IMG/VR virus record: IMGVR_UViG_3300029319_000001
Strand: one strand, 5' to 3'
Origin: a virus
Lineage: Duplodnaviria; Caudoviricetes
Length of the DNA stretch: 64,000 nt
Both the position numbers and the translations under genes were made by a program. A model generated the notes under the pieces. That model was not told the DNA's origin. It did no database searches and was given only the letters and a program-made list of their open reading frames with translations. This document shows, piece by piece, positions 39,653 through 48,329 of this stretch (position 1 is its first letter; each line of letters begins with the position of its first letter).

Positions 39653-42600
39653 ATGGCTTTAAAACGATATACATTATCTGTTACCAGTGCTGATTATTGG
39701 GATAAGATTCATGGTGCCCTCACCGTAGACTCTAACGAGGATGGAATTCCTGATAGAAAGATTACCTGTACCGATGAGAAAAAAGGTAGTCCTACTCGTG
39801 GAACCTATGAGTTGACGGAAGAAGAGGCTGCTGAGATTGGAAGACATTCATATGTTAATTGGATTGAGCTATCTTTAAAAGATAACCCAGACTCATTCCC
39901 AAAACCAGAACTTGCTATGCCACAAAGGTGGGATAGTGATGTTAAAGCATATCGTGATCTAGATTCACCTAACAATCCACCTACTACAGTAGGAGCATTG
40001 ACTAGTGCAGAAGAAAATAGAACTAACTGGGCTGTTCCTAGAGTAGGTGTGCAAACTGCAGGAGAAATATATGGTTCTAATGTTGGTAACCTTGCTGCGA
40101 TTACCACTAATACTAATTACACATATGATGGTAGAAATGTAGACTTAGTTATACATGACTCTGGTGTTCTAAGATCTCACCCTGAGTTCCTTAATGATGA
40201 TGGTACAAGTAGAGTAAGTGATATCGTTCTTGATGGTCCTTATCTTATAGACCCAGACTGGTTTAATACTTACGGTTATGTTTATACAAGAGAGGATGGA
40301 AGCACAGGTATTGCTACTGCAAACGCAATTGCATGGTGGGAAGATAACAACGCAAGATCTACTTCTAAAGGACTTTTACCTACAATCAATATCCCTTCAA
40401 ACTATACTTGTGATAGAGCAGTTGGTGTAGGTACTACTGGTGGTAACAGTCTTACTAGTGGTCACGGTACAGCATGTGCTGGTATGGCTGCTGGAAAGAA
40501 CATGGGTATGGCATTCAAGGCAAACATATGGAACATGCCAGCGATTAGTGATAATGTAGGTATGGATATTGAAACATCCTATGACCTCATTAAGTTTTTC
40601 CATCAACATAAACCAGTAAACCCTGTTCTTGGAGTAAAACTTCCGACTGTTGTTAATGGTTCATGGGGTTATCAAGCTGCTACTAATGCCAGTGCTACTT
40701 TATCTTGGAAGTTTAAGAACAATACTGGTACTATTGTTATGCCAGTTAGTAGTAGTTCAGATCCTGTTGATGTCAGTGATATGATCTATGGTTTCAACAA
40801 CCAAGTGCTTGGTGCATATAAATCATGGACATCATCTGCAAGAAATAATGCTTCTGATACTGCTGGTAAAGAAATGATGGATGCAGGTGTCATCTACATC
40901 TCTGCTGCAGGTAATAATAATCAAAGAATTGGTGCTGGATTTACTGATGTACACAGAACTGATAGTCTTACTGATGCATACTTTGGTTCAAATGATGGTC
41001 GTGCTGAGTTTGGTGGTACAAGAACTCCATGCGGATCTAGAGATTGGATGAACCCATCTGGTATTGGATTCAACTCAACTACTGGATACCATCCAGTAAT
41101 TAATGTTGGTGCAATGGATGACTTCATTGAATCAGATTTAAAAGAAAGAAAGGCAACATACTCTAACAGTGGTCCTGGTATTGACATCTATGCTCCTGCT
41201 GATGAGACACTAGCACCTGGTCTTCATAATGTAAGTAACTATAGAGACTATCCAAGATTTGATAACAGTGGTTTCTTTGACTGTAAATTTAGTGGAACTT
41301 CTGCTGCTGCACCTGTAGTTGCAGGTCTTGTTGCTCTGTATGCTCAAAGAAATCCAACTGCAACACCAACTGAAGCAAAGAATTGGGTAACAGGTTTTAC
41401 TACTTCTAGTGCTCTATCAGAATCTGGTAGTAAAATTTTAGGAAATGATTTATTCTTTGATCAGCATCCTGACATTGATACTGCTGCCTTCTGGTCAGGA
41501 CAATTCAACCAGAGAACTGAAGATGGTAACGGTAATGTTAATGTTACTTTTATTGATGTCAACTCTGGTATCTCTACAGAACTTGCAGGAATCAACGAAC
41601 CTTCTATTCTCTCTCCTGTTAACAATGCAACTGGTGTTAATACTGAGGGATTATTATTACGATCATCTGCATACACTGCTATTGGTGGAACAACAGTATC
41701 AGGTACATTAAAAGCAGTTGAATTCCAACTATCTAAAGATGTAGATTTTAGTTACATTGACTTCCAATCAACTACAAACAATGTTGGATTAGAACAGACA
41801 ACCACTGGAACTCTAGCTGGATTTACTACTTACTATGCAAGAGTAAGACATGTATCTAACTCTGATGGTACAGCATTTACTCAGTATTATTCTAATTACT
41901 CTGCTGGTATAGTATCGTTTGCTACCTTAGGTAATGCACCAGGTGTTCAGACACCATTCATTGTCGGACCTGTAAATGCATCTACTGTAGGTCAGAGATT
42001 TGGTATTGTATTAACCTCAAGTAGTTACATTGCTATAGATGGTGAGGCAGTTTCTGGTACACTTAAGGGAGTTGAATTTGAAGTCAGTACAGATATAACT
42101 TTTGCTGATCCTTCTCAAGTTGTTTATAGTTCTATTGGTTCTAACCTTACTTCATTAACTCAGACTATTAATACTGGTTTAGCTGCTGCTACCACATTCT
42201 ATGTAAGATTGAGGCATGTATCTAATGCTGATGGTAGTATGGGACAATCCTATGCTTCACCATTCTCTGTAGTAACATCTTTCCAAACTCCTGATCCATT
42301 CCAAGCAAGAGTGGGTCGTCTTGCATCTGTTAGGACTACATTGACTAAGGGTGTCGTTGAACCAACACTACTATTTGAGAGTGAAGATCTTCTTGAAGTT
42401 AGTGTTGCTGTTGCAAACCAGAATGACTTTAAATCTACATTTTCTATTGGTATCTCTAGCACACCTGGATTTAAAAGTAGTGACTACATTGCTTATGGTA
42501 TTGAATTAGACAGAGGTGGTACTAGACTGATTGAAAAGGTTGGTATTAAACCAGGCGATAAGATATTTGTATCATCATTCGACCCTAATGTATCTTTCCT

Positions 42601-44569
42601 AACATTTGCTACTAAGATTTACGATAAGATCAGTGATGTTTCTGCTGCTACACATGGTAGAAAAGAATCATTAACTTTATCATACACACCACCACATACA
42701 ATCAATTCAAACTTAAAGATTCTTACTGCTGAAGAAGATAGTTTGATTACAGTTCATGCTACAAACCAGAACCCAGATGTCACTGCAGCATTATCTGTTG
42801 GTATATCATCTGGAGGGATACCAGAGTTCAAAGAGTCAGATTATGTTGCTTTTGGTCTTAGACTAGCACCATTACAGGATGTTCAGATCGACAACCTCGC
42901 TCTTTCTAATGGACAGAGTTTAATTGTTCGTGGTTCTAAACCTAACTTAACCTTTGTTGCTCACTCAATCCCACAGGATCCAGGACCTTCTGGTATAGGA
43001 TCTAACCTTAATGTAAACACCACTGGTATCATTACTGCTCAAGCATTTGCTGGAGATGGATCAGGATTGACTGGTGTTACTGCTGTTGGATCTGGTGTTA
43101 ATGTTGAGGATGGTGGTACTATTGTTGGTACTGCTGCCACAATTAACTTTGGAACTAACATTACTGCGACTGTTAATAATGGTGTTGCATTAATAGAAGG
43201 ATCAGATACTGTAGGTGTTGCCCAGACTGCAAACAGTCTTGCCGATGGAGTTTCTGTTGAAAGAGCAACCTATGCTGACTATGCTACTGTTGCTGGTATT
43301 GCTACCGTTGCTACTACTGCAACCAATGCAACGACTGCAGACAATGCGACTACTGCTGCTACAGCAAGTCAACTAGATTCTTCAGCAACAATCAATGTTA
43401 TTAATAATATAACTGCACCAAAATTCATTGGTGATGGATCAGAATTAACTAACATTGTTGCTGCTGGTAGTGGTGTTATTGTTAACGATAGTGGATCTTT
43501 AGTTGGTACTGCTGGTACAATTAACTTTGATGCTGGTATTGATGTATCACCTATCTCAGCTGGTATTGTTACTGCTACCATTGTTGAAGCACCTCGTGCT
43601 GCTCTTGCAGGTATTGCATCTGAAGCAATCGTTGCTGGTATTGCAACCTATGCAACTCTTGCAGGTCTTGCATCTCAGGCAACCAATGCTACCTTTGCAT
43701 CTGCTGCTAGTTTCTCTACCTTAACTGGTGCTGCAGATACATCCAAGAATCTTTACACTGAGCATACTAATCCATTCAAACCATTACCTGTTACTATTGG
43801 TACTAAGACTTCAGAACATAGGTACATTGGTATTGGATCTGATAAGTGTATTAATGTTCAAGGTTATGAATCACCTTACTTAAGATTTGAGGTAGGTCAG
43901 ACTTATAGATTTGAGAATGCTGCACAGCAAGCTAACTATCCAATCAGGATGTACTATCATCCTTCTGGTGTCACCTCAGTTGGTATAGGTACTACTAACC
44001 CAGCTGAAATGACTCAGGGTGTTACATTTACTGGTTCATATACAGAAGTTGCAGTTGATGAAACAACTCCAGAAATATTCTACTATGGAGCAGGTGTTGG
44101 CACAGAGTATGGTTCTATGGGTAACTCTGTTCAGGTATTCAATCCTGAAATGCAGAGAGTTGCTAAGGTTGGTGAGTTTAAAGATAGATCAGGACTTAAG
44201 ACTTGTACTTACACTCAAATGTTTGAGGGTCGTGCTACCTCTTGGTACTTGAATACAAACTTAGGTGTTGGTAACAGTGACTATACACCTGGTGATAGAT
44301 CACACAATATAAGTTCTATCGAACAACAAGCTACTGGTGTTTACAAAGTTAACTTTGCTGATGCTATGGCAGACACTAACTATGCAGTCATAGGAATTGC
44401 CTCTGGTACTAATGCATATCCAGGTGGTATTGTTAATTTAAGGATTAGTGACAGAACAGTTGATCATTTCATAGTTAGAGTGTATAATGGAATACCTGCG
44501 TTAGAGGACTTAGGAGAACTTGACATCTGTACATTCGGTGGACAGGACGGAGAACCAACCTACATCTAA
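39653..44569 (+). CDS. Subtilisin (S8) protease fused to tail-fibre-like domains
   Basis: Triad motifs VIHDSG, GHGTACAG, FSGTSAAAP; then duplicated beta-rich repeats and Ala/Thr-rich fibre segments; CTAAATA at 39617-39623. Confidence 0.8.
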   Translation: MALKRYTLSVTSADYWDKIHGALTVDSNEDGIPDRKITCTDEKKGSPTRGTYELTEEEAAEIGRHSYVNWIELSLKDNPDSFPKPELAMPQRWDSDVKAYRDLDSPNNPPTTVGALTSAEENRTNWAVPRVGVQTAGEIYGSNVGNLAAITTNTNYTYDGRNVDLVIHDSGVLRSHPEFLNDDGTSRVSDIVLDGPYLIDPDWFNTYGYVYTREDGSTGIATANAIAWWEDNNARSTSKGLLPTINIPSNYTCDRAVGVGTTGGNSLTSGHGTACAGMAAGKNMGMAFKANIWNMPAISDNVGMDIETSYDLIKFFHQHKPVNPVLGVKLPTVVNGSWGYQAATNASATLSWKFKNNTGTIVMPVSSSSDPVDVSDMIYGFNNQVLGAYKSWTSSARNNASDTAGKEMMDAGVIYISAAGNNNQRIGAGFTDVHRTDSLTDAYFGSNDGRAEFGGTRTPCGSRDWMNPSGIGFNSTTGYHPVINVGAMDDFIESDLKERKATYSNSGPGIDIYAPADETLAPGLHNVSNYRDYPRFDNSGFFDCKFSGTSAAAPVVAGLVALYAQRNPTATPTEAKNWVTGFTTSSALSESGSKILGNDLFFDQHPDIDTAAFWSGQFNQRTEDGNGNVNVTFIDVNSGISTELAGINEPSILSPVNNATGVNTEGLLLRSSAYTAIGGTTVSGTLKAVEFQLSKDVDFSYIDFQSTTNNVGLEQTTTGTLAGFTTYYARVRHVSNSDGTAFTQYYSNYSAGIVSFATLGNAPGVQTPFIVGPVNASTVGQRFGIVLTSSSYIAIDGEAVSGTLKGVEFEVSTDITFADPSQVVYSSIGSNLTSLTQTINTGLAAATTFYVRLRHVSNADGSMGQSYASPFSVVTSFQTPDPFQARVGRLASVRTTLTKGVVEPTLLFESEDLLEVSVAVANQNDFKSTFSIGISSTPGFKSSDYIAYGIELDRGGTRLIEKVGIKPGDKIFVSSFDPNVSFLTFATKIYDKISDVSAATHGRKESLTLSYTPPHTINSNLKILTAEEDSLITVHATNQNPDVTAALSVGISSGGIPEFKESDYVAFGLRLAPLQDVQIDNLALSNGQSLIVRGSKPNLTFVAHSIPQDPGPSGIGSNLNVNTTGIITAQAFAGDGSGLTGVTAVGSGVNVEDGGTIVGTAATINFGTNITATVNNGVALIEGSDTVGVAQTANSLADGVSVERATYADYATVAGIATVATTATNATTADNATTAATASQLDSSATINVINNITAPKFIGDGSELTNIVAAGSGVIVNDSGSLVGTAGTINFDAGIDVSPISAGIVTATIVEAPRAALAGIASEAIVAGIATYATLAGLASQATNATFASAASFSTLTGAADTSKNLYTEHTNPFKPLPVTIGTKTSEHRYIGIGSDKCINVQGYESPYLRFEVGQTYRFENAAQQANYPIRMYYHPSGVTSVGIGTTNPAEMTQGVTFTGSYTEVAVDETTPEIFYYGAGVGTEYGSMGNSVQVFNPEMQRVAKVGEFKDRSGLKTCTYTQMFEGRATSWYLNTNLGVGNSDYTPGDRSHNISSIEQQATGVYKVNFADAMADTNYAVIGIASGTNAYPGGIVNLRISDRTVDHFIVRVYNGIPALEDLGELDICTFGGQDGEPTYI

Positions 44570-45113
44570 AAAAATAGTACATAATAAGGTTGATGTTAAA
44601 GTGTCAACCTTTGAAGTGTATGGTGGAGACCCTAAACTCAATGCATATTTAAAAGATATTATATTAGAGAAGAGAGATAAAGATCCAGAAATCATAGACT
44701 CATATGAAACTGCAGGTCATTCTGTTAAGTGTTGGGTGACCAAGTGGGATACATTGGAAACTGATGATAGGTTTCAACCAGTTGCCGATTATGTATTACA
44801 TGTGCTAAACTATATAATGGACAATGTTTTCCATACACACGCTGACTTTAAAGTAGTATCTTTATGGGCAGTAGTGATGGAAGCAGGTGAACATGCTGAA
44901 CCGCATGATCATTTTACATCATCATGGTCTTGTGTTTATTATATTGATGTTGAAGAGGATGTTGCTCCAATATTCCTTGAAGACAAACAGATAAACATAG
45001 AACCAGGATTACTAGTTCTTTTTCCAGGCAATGTAGTCCATCATGTTCCTACTACTACAGGTAGGAGAATCGCAGTCGCTATGAACATTGATAAAGTATG
45101 CCCACCAAAGTAG
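44520..45113 (+). CDS. 2OG-Fe(II) oxygenase, TIGR02466-like
   Basis: HDH..SSWSCVYYI, LFPGNVVHHV, RIAVAMN; start uncertain. Confidence 0.7.
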   Translation: MTSVHSVDRTENQPTSKKIVHNKVDVKVSTFEVYGGDPKLNAYLKDIILEKRDKDPEIIDSYETAGHSVKCWVTKWDTLETDDRFQPVADYVLHVLNYIMDNVFHTHADFKVVSLWAVVMEAGEHAEPHDHFTSSWSCVYYIDVEEDVAPIFLEDKQINIEPGLLVLFPGNVVHHVPTTTGRRIAVAMNIDKVCPPK

Positions 45114-45655
45114 AAATTGCAAAAGTAGATGCTAAACTTCCTGTCTTCGAGACAAGTTGGACGGAGCATCTTGCTGAACATAAACAATCCATCTTAGATC
45201 ATAAAAAAGAATTTGAAAAAACTACAAAAGATAATAATGTAGGTGCTAATTGGAGATCTAATTGGAACATTCATCAAACTGATCCAAGGTTCTCTGAAAT
45301 CCAAACATTCTTTGAGAAGTTTGTTTTTAATATTGCCTCACAGTATTGGCACACCGAAGGACAATTTGATTGTGTTAATATGTGGGCTATGACATACGGA
45401 CCTAATGAAGGAACCAAGTATCATAATCACTTCCCATCAACTATGGCAGTCCTTTATTATGTTGATGTTAAAGAGGACTCTGCACCTATTTGTATAGGAG
45501 AAACATGTAGACCTGTGGAGAACGGATTAGTCATAGCATTTCCTGCAGCACTAGATCATTTTGTGCCTAGTGATCATACAGGAAATAGAATTTGTATAGC
45601 AGCAAATCTTGATCATATTTCACCATCAGTTAGAGGAATATGGAAAGCTACATAA
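45098..45655 (+). CDS. 2OG-Fe(II) oxygenase, TIGR02466-like
   Basis: MWAMTY, HNHFPS, AFPAALDHFV, RICIAAN. Confidence 0.7.
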   Translation: MPTKVEIAKVDAKLPVFETSWTEHLAEHKQSILDHKKEFEKTTKDNNVGANWRSNWNIHQTDPRFSEIQTFFEKFVFNIASQYWHTEGQFDCVNMWAMTYGPNEGTKYHNHFPSTMAVLYYVDVKEDSAPICIGETCRPVENGLVIAFPAALDHFVPSDHTGNRICIAANLDHISPSVRGIWKAT

Positions 45656-45677
45656 TAATTTTAGGGGTGACAATTTA

Positions 45678-45920
45678 ATGTCCTTCATCGTATATTCAAT
45701 AGATGGTTGTAAGCATTGTGAACTTGTAAAAGACTTAATGCTTCTAGCAAAACAAGAACATGTAATTTATACTTTAGATAAAGATTTTACAATAGAAGAA
45801 TTTGAATCTCAATTCAATACAAAATACTTTCCACAGGTCGTTGATCAAACCCATAACCACAAAGTTATAGGAGGTGCTAAAGAAACTGTGAGATACTTTA
45901 AGGAGAACAAACTTGTCTGA
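45678..45920 (+). CDS. Glutaredoxin (NrdC-like)
   Basis: YSIDGCKHC, TKYFPQV, IGG; start at MSFIVY. Confidence 0.8.
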   Translation: MSFIVYSIDGCKHCELVKDLMLLAKQEHVIYTLDKDFTIEEFESQFNTKYFPQVVDQTHNHKVIGGAKETVRYFKENKLV

Positions 45921-46119
45921 GCAAAAAAACCTAAAAGATATTCCTCTAAATAGAGGCGTAGGAATTATGCTTGGGGGAGGCAAGAAACCACCTAAACCAA
46001 AATCGTTTCAGTATAATTTCAGTAATATGCTGCGTCTCTTTAAGAGAGAACTCCATTTTAACCTTGAATTATCTCTGGACATAAAAAAAGATATTCCTGA
46101 GGAGGTAGAAAAATGTTAG
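45913..46119 (+). CDS. Hypothetical protein
   Basis: LNRGVGIML...KRELHF; tight packing. Confidence 0.55.
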   Translation: MSEQKNLKDIPLNRGVGIMLGGGKKPPKPKSFQYNFSNMLRLFKRELHFNLELSLDIKKDIPEEVEKC

Positions 46120-46361
46120 CAATATCCATTGCAGTTGCAGCATTTCTTATAGTGGGTTCACTTTTAGTCGGTTCTATGCTAGGATGGGTACTAAGAGAAT
46201 ACATGATGTATCATCATGATAGAGAACCAACTGTTCAACCTACAATGCATCCTGAGATGTTTGATGAGAATGGAAACTATAACTTGAGTGATTTAATATC
46301 ATTCAGATATGATCCAACCATCACTGAAGAGGATGACGCTGAAGGACTTGGCGAAGATTAG
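46113..46361 (+). CDS. Membrane-anchored hypothetical protein
   Basis: N-terminal TM helix, HPEMFDENG. Confidence 0.6.
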   Translation: MLAISIAVAAFLIVGSLLVGSMLGWVLREYMMYHHDREPTVQPTMHPEMFDENGNYNLSDLISFRYDPTITEEDDAEGLGED

Positions 46362-46378
46362 TAAACCTTGAAATTATT

Positions 46379-46831
46379 ATGGCTAAATTACCACCAAAAC
46401 CATTACAATCTGAAATTTTACAAGCAGTACACAGTGCTAAAACAAAGAAGGAAAAGATTAAAATCCTTCAAGATTATAGATCACCAGCATTAGTATCATT
46501 ATTTGTTTGGAATTTTGATGAAAGCATTGAAAGTGCTGTGCCAGAAGGAGAAGTGCCTTATACACCTAACACTTCACCAACTGTAGATAGTCAAAGTAAA
46601 CTGTCTAGTCAGTATAGAACTCTTTACAACTATGTTAAGGGTGGAAACGATGGACTTAAAAGAACTAGGAGAGAGTCTCTATTCATAGAGTTGTTGGAGT
46701 CATTACACCCTGATGAAGCAGAAGTTGTTTGTTTAGTTAAAGATAAAGATCTTAAGAAGAAATACAGGATAACCCATAACACCGTCAAGGAAGCATACCC
46801 TGATGTTGAATGGGGAAATCGTGTTAGATGA
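46379..46831 (+). CDS. Conserved T4-like cyanophage protein
   Basis: EILQAVH, PEGEVPY, RRESLFIELLESLHPDEA. Confidence 0.7.
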   Translation: MAKLPPKPLQSEILQAVHSAKTKKEKIKILQDYRSPALVSLFVWNFDESIESAVPEGEVPYTPNTSPTVDSQSKLSSQYRTLYNYVKGGNDGLKRTRRESLFIELLESLHPDEAEVVCLVKDKDLKKKYRITHNTVKEAYPDVEWGNRVR

Positions 46832-47595
46832 CAAGAATATTAGTTACAGGACATAAGGGATTCATAGGCAACTATGTCTTCAATCACCTTAGACATGATG
46901 CAGGTTACGGATACTTAGTTGATGGCATGGATTTTCCTGATGACATTGGGGATTTCAAGTCAGAGATTAGTATGTTTGATAAACCTTATGATTACATCAT
47001 ACATCTAGCAGCATTTGCTGCCATCAGAGAGAGTGTAGATAATCCAGATAAGTTTTGGGAAAATAATGTAGAAAAATCTAAACCTATCTTTGATTATTGT
47101 AAGAGATACAATACTAGATTACTTTATGCTAGTTCAGCACAAGTAGAAGAGTGGTGGCAAAATCCTTATGGTATTACCAAGAAAGTTAATGAACTACAAG
47201 CACCACCTAATAGTGTGGGGATGAGATTCCAGACAGTATATGGAGAAGATAGCAGACCTGATATGCTATTCAGAATGTTGCAGGATAATACAGTTAAATA
47301 CATTACCAATCATAAAAGAGATTGGATTCATGTTAAAGATGTCGCTAGAGCAATTTGTTATCTAATGTCTAGTAAATATACTGGAACTATTGACATAGGG
47401 ACAGGTGAGACTACAACTGTTAAAGAGTTAGCAGAAGCATTTGGTTATGTTGATCTACCTGTCAAAGATAGTACACCAGGCGAAAGAGACATCACATGTG
47501 CCGACACCACTGCCTTGCGTGAGTTGGGTTGGTTTCCTAGAGAAAAAGTGTTAGAATGTATTCCTGAGGGAAAACCGAACTCTTTTTTCAGATAA
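46828..47595 (+). CDS. NAD-dependent epimerase/dehydratase (WcaG-like)
   Basis: LVTGHKGFIG, HLAAFA, YASSA, NPYGITK, RDWIHVKD. Confidence 0.85.
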   Translation: MTRILVTGHKGFIGNYVFNHLRHDAGYGYLVDGMDFPDDIGDFKSEISMFDKPYDYIIHLAAFAAIRESVDNPDKFWENNVEKSKPIFDYCKRYNTRLLYASSAQVEEWWQNPYGITKKVNELQAPPNSVGMRFQTVYGEDSRPDMLFRMLQDNTVKYITNHKRDWIHVKDVARAICYLMSSKYTGTIDIGTGETTTVKELAEAFGYVDLPVKDSTPGERDITCADTTALRELGWFPREKVLECIPEGKPNSFFR

Positions 47596-47643
47596 TCGGG
47601 AAAAAAATCTCCGCAAATTTTTTGAGCCACAGGATTTTCAAAA

Positions 47644-47811
47644 ATGCTATCAGCAAAACAAAGAATGAAACTTATTGACATTTGCGTTGAAATCGTAAAT
47701 GGAAGAACAGTTACTTTAGATGATATGATCTGGGCAGAGAAATTAGCAAAATATAATAGTCACGCATATAAAATGTTAAAGGAGTCAAGAGAGAATATTA
47801 AACCCCTGTAA
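47644..47811 (+). CDS. 55 aa hypothetical protein (absent from ORF track)
   Basis: MLSAKQRMKLIDIC...DDMIWAEKLAK; paralog of 55161..55463. Confidence 0.6.
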   Translation: MLSAKQRMKLIDICVEIVNGRTVTLDDMIWAEKLAKYNSHAYKMLKESRENIKPL

Positions 47812-47832
47812 ACCGTATCAAAATATACGAGG

Positions 47833-47861
47833 TTGCATTATAAATAGTTATGTGTTAGAAT
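47833..47861 (+). promoter_or_regulatory. Sigma70-type promoter with a late promoter inside its spacer
   Basis: TTGCAT-17 nt-TAGAAT with TATAAATA at 47839-47846. Confidence 0.65.
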
Positions 47862-47871
47862 TAACATACAG

Positions 47872-48100
47872 CGTTCATCCGATGCACAACCTCGCTCTTT
47901 TGGCATTGATCCTCGCTGAACATAACGCTTCCCACTGGGAAATGTCATGTGCAGAGTGGAACCAAAACAGAATTGAGATACTTACTAATAAGAATCTTAA
48001 CTCTGATGCTCAAGAGTACCTTATAGATTACTTTAGAACAAAAGTGCCAGAAGAAAATTGTGAAGCGTTTATCATCGGACGCAAGTAAGTCGCGGAACGG
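47872..48100 (+). ncRNA. Glutamine-II (Downstream-peptide) riboswitch-like aptamer 1 with ORF in P2 loop
   Basis: P1 CGTTC/GAACG, P2 TCCGATG/CATCGGA (7 bp perfect), CGCA junction, GGAACGG. Confidence 0.72.
47882..48088 (+). CDS. 68 aa signal-peptide protein nested in aptamer 1
   Basis: MHNLALLALILA...CAEW...CEAFIIGRK; the track's 47852 start lies inside the predicted promoter. Confidence 0.65.
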   Translation: MHNLALLALILAEHNASHWEMSCAEWNQNRIEILTNKNLNSDAQEYLIDYFRTKVPEENCEAFIIGRK

Positions 48101-48102
48101 AG

Positions 48103-48298
48103 CGTTCATCCTATGTACCACATTCTGCTTAGTCTAATAGCAATAGGAGCACCACTTGATTGTGACCATGCTGCTGAACTATTAGAAGATGTAACTAACA
48201 ACCCTAATAGATCTGAGAGATTGGAACTAACAAGAGTTATAGTTGCACATACTGATCCAGCATGTTTTCCAAAGGACGCAAACGACTAAAGGAACGGG
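48103..48298 (+). ncRNA. Glutamine-II riboswitch-like aptamer 2 with ORF in P2 loop
   Basis: P1 CGTTC/GAACG, P2 TCCTATG/CAAAGGA (6 of 7 bp), CGCA, GGAACGGG. Confidence 0.75.
48113..48289 (+). CDS. 58 aa signal-peptide protein nested in aptamer 2 (absent from ORF track)
   Basis: MYHILLSLIAIGAPLDCDHAAELL...DPACFPKDAND. Confidence 0.6.
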   Translation: MYHILLSLIAIGAPLDCDHAAELLEDVTNNPNRSERLELTRVIVAHTDPACFPKDAND

Positions 48299-48329
48299 CT
48301 TTAAATCCAACTACTTTAGGAGAACTTAA

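Noticed and set aside
46700-46828. wcaG RNA upstream of the WcaG-like epimerase
   Set aside because: The gene overlaps its upstream neighbour, leaving no leader for the motif.
47813-47830. CGTAT/ATACG hairpin before the riboswitch promoter
   Set aside because: Only 5 bp with no T tail; could be chance.
47852-47881. Track start of the 78 aa ORF
   Set aside because: It falls within the predicted -10 region; ATG 47882 fits the predicted TSS and mirrors the position of the second nested ORF.
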